Made by a program: the position numbers and the translations under genes | Source: Octopus sinensis | Taxonomy: Eukaryota | NCBI RefSeq assembly: GCF_006345805.1 | Contig: NC_043019.1 | Coordinates: 24,551,360-24,615,359, forward strand | Direction: 5' to 3' | Length of the DNA: 64,000 nucleotides | Shown: in pieces, positions 23,557 through 36,783 of the stretch | Position numbering within the stretch: the stretch's first letter is position 1 | How the letters are laid out: each line of letters begins with the position of its first letter | The notes under the pieces: model-generated | What the model was told of the DNA's origin: nothing | Databases searched by the model: none | Seen by the model: the letters and a program-made list of their open reading frames with translations, nothing else

Positions 23557-26500
23557 TCTTCGTTTCCTTTTCCTCCTCCTCTACCTTCCTCCTTCTTCCT
23601 CCTCTTTCTCCTCCGGAATTCAAAGAACTCCGGTCACACTGTGTTTAGGGATTCGGTTACGTCCCTTTATGATGTTTTAGCGTCCTCGTCGCCTTTGCCT
23701 GCTGTTTAACTTTTGAGATTTCAAACGAGGAAGAGAAATGTTGAGAAACAGTACAATACAAAAGATTATGAATCATGAAATTAAAGTAAATAGAATTAGT
23801 TTTCTGTAAGCATTGTCAGATATAGTTTGTTTTTATAATGGACATAATATTTTGAAGGGGAATAAAATCATAAACAAGCCCCAATCTTTATATCTTAGAA
23901 GATCAGGCAGCATCTATGACCTTCTGCAGGGATTCTGAGATTGGTTTCGGCGGAGGAGAAAATTATCCACGCACTGGAGATTATGACCGAATACTTATAT
24001 CATAGTGATCTCTACATGCGCTACATATATGAGAATTAATTATGTCAGGAATATCTGGGAATATCAGTAATTAACGGAAAAATTATGTGTAAATAAAATA
24101 TGAGAAAGAAAACAGAATTTAAGAAAGTAACTTGATTCTGGTGCAAGATAAATGACATGGTTACAAAATTGGATTTATAAGAAAAGTAGTTTTGAGATGC
24201 ACTGAAAAAAAATATGAATTTACTAACTTGGATTTTATATGAGATAAAATGATAAATTAAATTTATGTGTTGAAGTGAATCTAACGGTTTTGTGTGTTTC
24301 TTAAATGGCTCATAAACACCTTCCACGCTGCAATTGTTTTCGTTCCAGCACACGATCTCAGATCAAGTCACTCGCTATGCAAGTACATCTCTGTAAAAAT
24401 GATATATGATTTATCGAATTGAAGAGCATGAACTCGGAAGAGACGGACGAGAGGAATCTCTCATTACATAAGAATTCAGTCTACTATTTGCAAATTCTTT
24501 GAGGATCCAATGTCAGTTTTAGAGTTTGATGAGCAGTAAAGCTAGTGGATATCTCCGGATAACTGAGTCTGCCACACGATTTCGAGTTTATTGAATTCCT
24601 TTTATTGAATTTATTGAATTCGCTCGGCGTCATCCTCTCAGTTATACATTTGCAACACTGCATTCAAATTATTTCATGTATTTTAGTTTCACTTTTACGC
24701 AGCCATTTTCATAAGTTGAACACTTAAAATGAAAATTAACATCTTTTAGCTATTTCTCTTCGTAACATGTGGGTTTTAAAGCTTAACTCCAAAAGGAACA
24801 TTAATTTGAGAGGGCTATTTCATGAGAATAAAGAATTGTATTAATCACGTCTTAATTGCGTGAAACACGACTCTAGAACAGAATCAACTTGAAGAGAGTA
24901 ACATTTTCTTGCTAGATCTACTGTTCTCAATACAGTCTCTACCTAAACTATCCTTAACACCTCCTCAGTCTCAGACGATAAAGACAAAAGTATATTACCG
25001 TCTGTTATAAGCGACGTGTCTTCGCGTAACGCTAATATTAATAATGGTTTTATTAACTAATCCTCAAAATTCAAACCAGAAATGAGTTCACAATTAATAG
25101 GCTTTTATCTTGTCTGTGGCATGCTGGCTTGTTGCTCCAGTTTCATAAGTAAGCTTCTAAAATACTCCTCCCATTTAAGATGACAGAAACTGAAACGTAT
25201 ATGTTAATGCAGAGATGTCAGAACTTTCATTTCAATGTCAAATCCTAAATTACGACAAATATCTCAGTAATTTCATATTTTATTAATACGTGTCACTCCC
25301 GCACGTGAGGTTCCTTTATATTTCATACAAATTACTTTTTCTCTTTGTTTTCAGCATCCTGACATGCTAAGGTGGTGCAGTGGTATAAGCAATAGTTCGC
25401 CGTATTGAATTACGCTCATTTTGCACTCTTAGTTCAAATCTCGAGAACTTTTGCCTTTTATCAATCAGGGATCAATGAAATATGCACTAGCCGAATAAAA
25501 TCGATTACATTCTCCTGCAGAATTTAAGGCATTAAGCGAAACAGAAATCAATACTCTCACGTGAGGTCACTATAATTCGTTTTACTCAGAAAGCACCGAT
25601 ATTAAATAATTTCTATGATATAATTGAAACGGCCATTTTTTTATAATTAAGACTTTAAAACATTCACACCATAATAACACCAACGAAGAAATAACGTTTT
25701 ATTAAGTTGCTTCAACACGTCATCTACATGAAAAACACCCACTGCCATTTATTAATTAGACAATATCCTCAAATTTATCCATACATTCATTTAATTGACA
25801 TTGAGATTATGTATTAAATGAAAAACCATACAAGAAAACAGTGCATTGCCAAAGTGTAGTGCCAGCTAACTGAAATACTTGCTTAATGTACCATAAATGA
25901 AATTGGCGAGGCGTTAACATCTCAGTTACTTATGTCTGTAGTTCAGTGTTGATTACGAGATTAAAGCTTTTACTTACAAGTAATAATCCCTTAGGAAAGA
26001 AACGTATTTCCTACACCGTATCTTAAGAGCTTAAACCTAATTTTAAAAACATCAACACTGATAATGTTTCTAGACAAATAGAACATACATTTCTTTATAT
26101 CCTTTTTATTAGCTTTTCATATAATCATAACAGTAAAAATAAAGTGCATAGTGCTAACTATATAGCTTTACATCATTTTCGTATCTGTTGTTGTTTTCAA
26201 TTTTGATCTTGGTAGTTTTAAAAGTCATGATTTTCTAATTGTCAGAATTGATAGTTTTCTTTATACTAATTTCCAGTTTTAAAATATAACAGTGTCGGAA
26301 AGGTTATGAAAAGTCGAGACTTTTCAGTCAAAATCTGGTGAATTTGTTTTGGACGACATCTAGTATAGAGTTCCATTCTATCATTTCGGTACTTCTATAA
26401 CGGAACCTAGTGTTTAATTCATAAGATTTGTATCGACCACTACTAGCTATAAATGAAGTAGATCCTAGATTTAAGAGTTCCTCAGAGTAATTAAAGACAA

Positions 26501-26689
26501 ATTACAACTTAGTATATTTTACATAAATTTGGGGAATAGTATACTTGGGGGCTAGGTATTTCATCTAGCATCACGATTGAAACTCACGAGTATCAACGAA
26601 TTTGAATCAAACAGTTTTAATCCATACATGTAAATCCCAATAAATTGGTGGAGAGCCCTTCTTTCGTTTGTCCACTCCCTCGTATATAT

Positions 26690-26870
26690 ATATATAGGGA
26701 ACGTTTACGAAAAAAACAATAGACGAAGACAGGTGGTGTACAAAACAAACAGATGTATTAGTATAACGCTCAGGAATAGAAAAAGTCTTTTACGTTTCGA
26801 GCCTACGCTCTTCTACATAAAGGTACACAGAAAAAAACAAGGAGAGAAAAAATGTGTGTAGTGGCTAACG
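26690..26870 (-). mobile_element. pLTR-like repeat with degenerate hammerhead motif (26787-26823)
   Basis: Minus strand CTTT-ATGTAGA-A-GAGC(GTAG)GCTC-GAAA-CG-TA-AAAG; ends in (TA)n; homologous to 10040-10305. Confidence 0.55.
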
Positions 26871-26945
26871 ATCTATGTATGTATGTATATATATACATAA
26901 ATAGACTTATATATACATACATACATACATACATACATACATACA

Positions 26946-26980
<35 letters not shown>

Positions 26981-27201
26981 TTTCATTTCTATCATTCATG
27001 CAATGTGGTTCACTGTCTGCAGTCTGAGTGTGAGTGTGCGGGTGTGTGTGTTTACCTATATCTATACTGTGAAAGGTAGGTAAGTAGATAGATACGTAGG
27101 TAGGTAGGTAGGTAGGTAAGTAGGTAGGTAGATAGATAGATAGATAGACAGATAGATAGATAGATAAACAGATAGATAGATAGATAGACAGATAAACAGA
27201 C

Positions 27202-27279
<78 letters not shown>

Positions 27280-28184
27280 GCTTCGTATCTCGGAAAAGAG
27301 ATTAATCGTGTTTTCTTCAACTTCTCTTTGTTTAGTTCACTTAATATACATTTTCTTGTTAATTTACTTAATCTGTCTTGTAAGTCAATACAACCATATC
27401 TTCAGTATGTTAGAATTTGGCAAGCTCTTCTAATTGCTGTCTGTTCGGCGAATAACTATTCCCAGATGTATTTACATATGCAGCCATTTGGCAGATAAAT
27501 CGCACGTATGCAAATGCACACACGTATACAGTAAATCTTATCGTATCACACCCTCAGTAGTTCTAATGCAACTGGCAGACACCTGTAATCAGGAACGTAT
27601 ATTTACACCTATCAGTTCTGCTGTGACTCATTCACACACTCAAATCTTCACTTATCTATGTAAATATATAAATATCAAACTTCCACAATCTGCACATGAG
27701 AAGTAACATTTTAGCATGAGCAGAGATTCTACATATTCGTGTGTATGGGAAGGTGCCTAAATGTAGGTGTATGTTTGTATACACACGCTCACGCGCACAC
27801 ACACACACACACACATGAAATGTTCGTAAAATTTATATAGATATATTCCGAAAATAATTACTACTAATCCCAACAATATTATACAGGATCATAATGCGAT
27901 AGATTAAACTGAATTGTAAACTTGATCCAGTAATTTTAATAGCCACAGAATCATAGATAAATGTGAAAGACATCGCCAAAAGCTGTTGAAAAATACAGAG
28001 ACTAGCTCTTGTGAGAATAACTTTAGATACTTTCACGAAATGAGATTTTACAGAATGTGATGTAAACATGATAAAATTAGAAGCTAATTACAATCTAATG
28101 TTATTAGAAAACTATGAAACAGGTTAAAGCCATCAAGTTTAGTCTTGAATACATAGGCCTAAACTCCATTAATTCGGTTGAAAA

Positions 28185-29110
28185 ACAGAGTGAAACGAGA
28201 GATGTGAGAGACTATTCCTGAGAATGCATGCTTCCTCGTGTATTGAGTCTTTTTTGAAGAATGCATCTAGCATCGTCTGTGTTTTTGGCTAAGACTTCTC
28301 TCGCGAAGAAATTCTGTCAAGGAGAGTATTTTGTCCAGAACACATCTCTTTGCCTTACTGTTGCACTTACAATTAGTGACATTCTCATCAAACTGGTCGA
28401 GGATATCTGTAATTTTCGTGGTATTACTAATGAGGAATTCGATGGGGAGAAATAATTCACCACTGATTCTATGATCATTTTCTCGGCTGCTTTTGGCATT
28501 GTTATTTCCAGCAGTTCTTCAGTAAATAAATTCTTACCATGAATTTCAAATCTTCCTTCAGGTCTTTCACTTTGACATTTTGCGCCCTTTGGTTTGCCAG
28601 CCGAATGACCAGTAAAGTAATGCTGGTGCTATTTGTCGCCACATTCTAGGAATTAGTACAAACTTTCAATTTCTGTTCACGTGGTATTTGGCTATTTCGT
28701 TCCAAAACGCCCCCACACTTTTTCAATATTTGATAGTTTTTTTTCTCCCAAACCCTTGATTAATTGCTTATCTTGATTCTTTGTTTCTTCAGTAAGTTGT
28801 TAGAAAGTGTGACGCAGATAATAGGTCTTGATATTAGAAATTCCATACAGATGCACGGACTGAAACAACAAAGAGATGTTTGATTATAATGAAAATACTT
28901 CAAGCAGAATGCAGATCTGTATGATTTCAAGATTCTGGGACAAGCCTAGAGCATTATCAATCATCAGCAATACCTTATATTCAAAGTTTCTTTGCAATAT
29001 CATTTCAGAACTGACAAAAGTATCAAACAAACCAACAGTGTGTGAATATTTTTATCATCACTCAGACCCGCTCGTTTGCTTTCCAAATCATGGGCAGATG
29101 CAATCTTGAT
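28185..29110 (-). pseudogene. pogo/Tigger-like DDE_1 transposase remnant
   Basis: LPMIWKANERV*VMIKIF..WF..KVLLMIDNALG..IKTYYLR and C-terminal QTMLDAFFKK on the minus strand, many disruptions. Confidence 0.72.
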
Positions 29111-29802
29111 ATTATTTTGATACTATAATATCTGATATTATTACCATCATGGTGATATTTAATGATATTAACTGTGATAGTTGTGAACGGTAAACGAGCA
29201 ATGACTTTAGAGTTTGAAGTTCTACCAACAAGTAGAAATGTTAAGCTGATTTTTCTCGGGGAACAAAATTAGGTGAACCGTTTCATTGTATGTGAGCGAA
29301 CGCTTCATTGGGAACGATAATTTCCTAAATTTTAGCATTATTATAATAATATAGTTTTATCCTCCTGAAAATATCACAAAGCAAAACAACGCTAAAGCGA
29401 ATCAACACTAATCGGGGTAGCGTTAAACGAGGTACTCTTGCGCATATCTGCGGAACTTCAGCATAAGATATTATCTATAATCTACTCCACAACCTGACAT
29501 TGATTTCTTTACACTTGTGGTATTTTAACAGTTATGTATGTTTCCTGTTTATATTTCGTAAAGTTTTCTAAGATGCAAAGGATATAATAGGTTGGATGTA
29601 AAGTAGATTATAAATTATGTTTTAAGCTAAAGTTACTTAGATTTTGACTGTAATTGCACATTTTACCAACTTTTAAGCTATCACAACCTTGTATTTATAT
29701 TCTGTATACATTACAAAAACCGTTTGTTTTTGTCCTGTGTCCTTGTATATGCTTGTGCCAGGCCTTTGTATATGGGTGTGTCGGTATACAGACATATATT
29801 TC

Positions 29803-30170
29803 TTCTTTTACTTGTTTCAGTTACTAGACTTCGGCCATGCCGAGTCACCGTCTTGAAGAATTCTAGTCGAAGGACCCTAGTACTTAATTTTTTTAAAGCC
29901 CGGTACTGAACCTATTGGTACCTTCGGCCGAACTGCTAAGTTACGAGGATGTAAACACGCAAGCATCGGTTCTCAAGTGGTGGGAGGAAAACACAAACAC
30001 ACACACATACGACGGGCTTCTTTCAGTTTCCATCTACCAAATCCACTCACAAGGCATTGATCGATCTGAGGTTTATAGTATAACAGTAAAAAGACACTTG
30101 CCCAAGTTGCCACACAGTGAGAATGAGCCCGGAACCATGTGGTTTGGAAGCAAACTTCTTACCACCCAGT
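29803..30170 (-). mobile_element. SINE family A, diverged full-length copy
   Basis: Reverse complement aligns from head (..GGTTCCGGGCTCA) to tail (..CTGAAACAAGTAAAAGA). Confidence 0.88.
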
Positions 30171-32990
30171 ATATACTGTAATCTATCTACATATTAAACA
30201 CAATATGTCTAAGACAAGCAATTTTAAAGTATCGCTTAGACTACAGATGGATTTAAATGATTTCCCACGGAAGTATAATTTAGAGGCCACTACTGCAGGA
30301 CACCAAAATCTAAGTAGTACAGTTTCACATCAGATCTGTCATGCTTTATTAAGTATACATTGAACATCCGTTAAACTGTATTAGTAATTGGGAATCCGTT
30401 TTAGTTGATATTAAATTATGCTGTAAACGTATAACTTAAATGGGGGTTGGTATGTAAAATTAAAAAATTCATGATGTGAATTGTCGATTTCACCGAAAGG
30501 TGGTTGACTGGTGAACTTTACGTGGTGACAATAACACGTTATTATGGCTTAGTTGAGCTACGCTGCTCTGATGGTCCTTGCCTCTCATTCATACAAGTCT
30601 GATGTGAGTGAGTGAGGACTAAGTTAACAAAAGGTGGGCTGTCAATATGAGCAAACTAGACTTATTAGCAGCAACAAGGTAGGGACAAACTGACTCGAAA
30701 ACTGTGGCAAGCATTGGCAGTTTACCTTGACAATTCCATTTTTGGATATGTTCTATTAAGGCTCTCAGATGATAATATTACTTACCATGGTATCTACTGA
30801 CAATTCAATGAACAAAATAACATTATGAATGGGATAACAAAACATTTTGGCTTTTTGAGCAAAGATCCTTCGTCTTCCTCATTCTCACAACCTCTACTGT
30901 CACAAGTCTACGTCTTATTTCCTTTGTTAACACTTGATATCCAGGTAACAGTGAATATATGCCCCTAAAGCGTTGATACTTAATGATGGCGTCGGAAACC
31001 ATCACTGCGACTCGCACTCTTAATTCAGCTTAACGAGATACTAATTAAAGAAGAATCACTTTATTTTAATGTTTTGATGCGCCAATGTTCTTACACTTAG
31101 GGCTGGCAACGATGTTTGTTATAAGTAATTACAGTGTGACAGTTATGATTATATAAGGTGTTACAGGTATAAACAGCTTTGGTATTACAGTTACGACTTA
31201 CTGTGATACTAATAAAATGATAGCATGTGTCACAGTAATGGCTGGCTCTGAAATAATCTGTTGATTCGACTATAGTAGTGTTATTTATCACGGTTTAATT
31301 GATGATGAAATGATAGAAGAAAAACATGATTTCTGGTTATTTTGAAATGATGTAACGAACTGAATTTATGCATAAAGCATCCATTTCTTTAGACATAAAA
31401 TCCACAACTAAATCAAATTCCGAAAAGTAACAACGCCAAAAAATTAAAATAATATAAATTATAGAACAGTGTACAAGATGGCTTGAGCTGTAGCACCCAG
31501 TCAGTAACTTACCAAACCAAGAAGTGGGGGACGGAAACGGGCTGAAGAAACAAAGAGGGTAAAGTGGAAAGTATTGTATGATGTACTGACTGAAACTTTG
31601 GATGTTATAGCACTAAGGCAAAACGGTTGAGTGAGAATAAATATTTTCAGCATATTATACTTCTGAGTGGCTGGTACGAAAACCATTTATCCCCATGTTT
31701 AAAGGAAGAGACAATGTTGATACAATTTCAGTTCAAAACAGTTGGTATATATGAATGGATGGATAGATGGATGGATGGATGGATGGATGGATGCGGGCGC
31801 ACACACTTACGCACATACACTCATACATACAGAAAATTAAGATGAAATCGGGTCAAAACGTTTTGAATTAAATTAAATTCTGATATGACTTTCGTTAATC
31901 AGTTTGATATGTTTAATTAAACTATTTAACTTAAGTGGTCATAAAATCTATCAAATATCTTTTTATATATACAATCACACACACACACACACACACACAC
32001 ACAAATATACATAGATACACTCATATATTCACTAATTATCTGCAATGCACTTATAATTTCTCTCACTTGGTGGGAAAATTAGGCCTCTGGTAAGTACGGA
32101 GTAGAGGGAAACATCAAACTAGTTTTGTTGTTGTTTTTACATTAACCATGGCTGCTCTCCGCTTTCTGCTTGCTCCTTAGACGAACCACACTCAGCCATC
32201 GGTTTTCTGTCGGCGGAAAGTGAATGAAGAAAAGGCTGGCAGTAGCCTAGTGGGAACGGTGTTTTCCACTGGAGTACGTCTACGAATCGATTGAAAATCA
32301 CAAAAAATGAAAAGCTATGGCACAGGTGACATACACTAACAAGTCGCACACAGTTAATAAATTTGAACTGATGTGTAACATCTTTCTCTTGAACAAATGG
32401 TTTGCTCTAGGCGAAGTGGTAAATAGTATGTAAACTTGTAATTGTTGTAGCAATAAAATAATCTGAATTGTCTCTGCTGAAAGCCATAGAACTGTTAAAG
32501 TAATTCACCAAGTTTAGTGAGCTCAACATTAGAACATTCATGAACACTAGAAACTCATCTTTATATCATGATAAACCCTACTGCGTCGAAACGGGAAGGT
32601 GGCCCGTTATTCGACTTTTCTATTGGGAGCTATTACCCAGTTTAAGCGGCACATTTTGGTCTACTGTTTATTCTCGACTATATTCTTTCATACCCATGGC
32701 TCGTGGAGATGGCAGCGAATCCAAGTCAGTCGCAGTAAGAGACCACTCATTCTGCATCATGCTCTTAACCAACCATTGAAATGTTACTCATACGACATTA
32801 TGAAGGAACTATGAAACTCTTTCCACTCAGAATCAAACATCCAAACGATCAGGTCTGATTTTCTCATATCAGTGGAACTTTGATGCGATTCAAAGTTAAA
32901 ATATAAATAATAAGAGATATGAACAGTAAGAAACTTTGTGAGAGTTTCTAACAGGTATTTGTACGACTTCTAGATATATATGAATCTATG

Positions 32991-33053
<63 letters not shown>

Positions 33054-33162
33054 GGATAGATACATATATGTATACATATAGTCACATATGCATACGTATA
33101 CACACATGCACACGCACACACACATACTTCTATGTGTCTCTGTGTATGTGTGTGTCTGCGCT

Positions 33163-33189
<27 letters not shown>

Positions 33190-33204
<15 letters not shown>

Positions 33205-33543
33205 TGTACATACGTATTGATATTTCACTTAGACATTACGAGGATAATAACCTGGGCTAGAACACAATATCTACATATGCTTCAGAACGAATTGTTAGTC
33301 GAGTACAGAGCGGTATTGAGAAAATGAGATGACAAAGGAATAAGCGATTATCTTATGAAGTTCATTACCTTACAGCTGCTTCTGCTATTTGATGCAGTGG
33401 ACTCATAGCCTTGTGGCTTCATCGAAGCTCCGATGATGTTATAAGGTGTTCTCAGACACTCAGCTGCAAGCTAATGGAGTTCACAAGATAATTGTTTGTT
33501 CCTTTGTCATCTCATTTTCTTTATATATATATATAATATATAT

Positions 33544-33589
<46 letters not shown>

Positions 33590-33625
33590 TATAACATATA
33601 TATATATAATATATATATATATATA

Positions 33626-33658
<33 letters not shown>

Positions 33659-34168
33659 ATATATATATATATATATTATATATATATATATATATACTAT
33701 ATATATATATATACATTATATATATGTATATATCTGTACATATATATAATGGCAAGCATATTTAAAAAACACACCATATGTATGTGTTTGTATGTGTGTG
33801 TGTGTGTGGTGTGTGTGTGTGTGTGTGTGTGTGAGTGTACATACGTATTGATATTTCACTTAGACATTACGAGGATAATAACCTGGGCTAGAACACAATA
33901 TCTACATATGCTTCAGAACGAATTGTTAGTCGAGTACAGAGCGGTATTGAGAAAATGAGATGACAAAGGAATAAGCGATTATCTTATGAAGTTCATTACC
34001 TTACAGCTGCTTCTGCTATTTGATGCAGTGGACTCATAGCCTTGTGGCTTCATCGAAGCTCCGATGATGTTATAAGGTGTTTCTCAGACACTCAGCTGCA
34101 AGCTAATGGAGTTCACAAGATAATTGTTTGTTCCTTTGTCATCTCATTTTCTTTATATATATATATAT

Positions 34169-34239
<71 letters not shown>

Positions 34240-34240
34240 C

Positions 34241-34284
<44 letters not shown>

Positions 34285-34360
34285 TATACATATACATATT
34301 TATATATATATATATATATAATATATATATATATCTATATATATATATATATATATATAG

Positions 34361-34401
<41 letters not shown>

Positions 34402-34500
34402 CATTATATATATGTATATATCTGTACATATATATAATGGCAAGCATATTTAAAAAACACACCCATATGTATGTGTTTGTATGTGTGTGTGTGTGTGTGT
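33190..34500. repeat. Tandem duplication, period ~631 bp, with microsatellite-bounded units
   Basis: GAGTGTACATACG at 33202 and 33833; the following ~320 bp of unique sequence is near-identical. Confidence 0.95.
33319..33520. mobile_element. ~200-bp element with long terminal inverted repeats (MITE-like); second copy 33950-34152
   Basis: AGAAAATGAGATGACAAAGGAA (33319-33340) vs TTCCTTTGTCATCTCATTTTCT (33499-33520), extending imperfectly to ~50 bp. Confidence 0.6.
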
Positions 34501-35309
34501 GTGTAAATATATGGGTGTATACTTGTGTGCATATATCTATATGTGTATGATAAATTATACTCATTAAAACTAACGTTTTGAAGCTATTAAAATTACATTT
34601 TCTACCATTAGTGATATGAAAAATTTTTAATTTCTTGTAACTAAATAGCAATACAGTGCCCTCATTATAGAAGTGGGAGGTTTTAAGTTGGAGAGAAATC
34701 CAATCTAAATCTAACACTTAGTTCTAAGTCACCGGTTCTCAGTCATTTCTTTATTATTGGGGGGACAACTCTCTCACAAGCAATATTTTCTTTACAGCAA
34801 TTTTGCAACACATTGTTTTGGACTTATTTAAGTTGTTGATGTTGTCATTGCCCTCATTTTAAGAATGAATCCAAATGAGAAGCAACGTATCAGTCTGAGT
34901 AACTTGCATTCTCTTAATTATTGTGTTTGATGTTTTATCTTAGGAATCGGCGTTGGCGTTCCGAAAAGCATTGTTCCTGCCTGTATATTCTAAAAAGTTA
35001 ATTGCAATTACAATGTTAACATGAAAAATATGACTGGATTTCTGTTGTGATGAGAACCACAGAAACAGCCACCTATGAAATCAAAAGAAAATGAGACGTT
35101 AATTGGATACAAACAGCTGGATTTATAAGGAGAACGTATTTTATTTGAGAGCAACTAAGTCACTGATTAAAAGATATAAATACATTTTGAAACCGATTTT
35201 ATTTTCCTTGCTTCTATAATAAGACTATACCGTGTGAATAAATTTTAAATAGTTGAACATTCTGCCTTTCACTTTCTTTTATTCCCCAACTCACCACCTT
35301 GCAAAGATA

Positions 35310-35350
<41 letters not shown>

Positions 35351-35436
35351 CTAGCTAAATAGATAGATAGATATAGAATTCCTCTTGATTCACTGAGAAG
35401 CAACAATTTACAGAAATCGATGTGTAAATGTAGGAT

Positions 35437-35820
35437 GGAAGCACTCCGTCGGTTACGACGACGAGGGTTCCGGTTGATCCGAATCAACGGAACAGCCTGC
35501 TCATGAAATTAACGTGCAAGTGGCTGAACACTCCACAGACACATGTACCCTTAACGTAGTTCTCGGGGATATTCAGCGTGACACAGAGAGTGACAAGGCC
35601 GGCCCTTTGAAATACAGGTACAACAGAAACAGGAAGTAAGAGTGAGAGAAAGTTGTGGTGAAAGAGTACAGCAGGGATCACCACCATCCCCTGCCGGAGC
35701 CTCGTGGAGCTTTAGGTGTTTTCGCTCAATAAACACTCACAACGCCCGGTCTGGGAATCGAAACCGCGATCCTATGATCGCGAGTCTGCTGCCCTAACCA
35801 CTGGGCCATTGCACCTCCAC
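35437..35820 (-). mobile_element. tRNA-derived SINE family B, full length
   Basis: Minus-strand head GGCCCAGTGGTTAGGGCAG..GGTTTCGATTCCCAGACC (A/B boxes); body shared with 38710 and 58162. Confidence 0.92.
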
Positions 35821-36712
35821 GTAAATTAATACATAGTAATTGAAACGATTGTCATTTCCAGCAGTATTCCAAGTGTTGCGCTTTCAATTATTCAGACGGC
35901 AACCTGAAATTTATAAAGAGAGGAGTTTTCTTTTCTTTTTATTTGAACACCCACGGCAAGAAATACCATCATTGCTTAAAATTTTGATTATTCTAATTGT
36001 TTACACTGCAATTACTTTAGCATCTACTTCGTGATTGTCTCATCCCTACTTTGCAGGTACAATGATGTCTTTTCACCGTTAAGAATGTCTAATCACTTGA
36101 AAATATGTCCGTACCATTGTAAGATAATGAGTGAAATTTTCACTCTTTTCATCGAATATGTTTACAAATCACCAAACTACTGTGTAGTATTAGTAATATG
36201 TCTCGATAAGTTGTCGATTACGACAACACTCGCAATCTATCATAAGATTTATGCTCAAGTTTACAACAGAGTTTTGACAGTTTACAATAAAACACAGGTT
36301 ATATTTTCAATATTATACGTTTCTAAGTGGAATTCAAGGCCATTGTATTAATTCATAATACTACACAATCTGTAGTCTGCTGCGATATTTACATTTCCCA
36401 TTATGGAACGTGTTGCAGAATGCAATAATATAATACAACGGTATTTTAGAGTGATTTATACGATATTTTATATACGAGAACTACGATTACATAATTATTA
36501 TTTACATTTAATAACAATATGTCACAGGTTATAACTTCTAAAATATTTACATTATAATATGGAACATACAGGAATTTGACACACGCTTGAATATTATACA
36601 TATACACACAAAACAAATACGCTCATACACGTACATACATACATCCACAAGCACACACATACATATATATATGAGGTGGTGCATCTTATATATACATTAA
36701 ATTATCATTAAC

Positions 36713-36783
36713 TTATTTCAACGGGGGCACACCCTATTATAACCAGGTGCTGGTTATAATGGGGTGTGCCCTTGTTGAAATAA
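36713..36783. repeat. 71-nt hairpin, 34-bp stem, 3-nt loop
   Basis: Arms 36713-36746 and 36750-36783 with three mismatches, all G-U compatible on the + strand. Confidence 0.9.

Noticed and set aside
23898-24005. Possible terminal exon EDQAASMTFCRDSEIGFGGGENYPRTGDYDRILIS*
   Set aside because: Short, no recognisable homology and no supporting neighbouring exon.
36031-36351. 106-aa ORF as a standalone gene
   Set aside because: No recognisable domain; composition typical of AT-rich non-coding DNA beyond the candidate exon.
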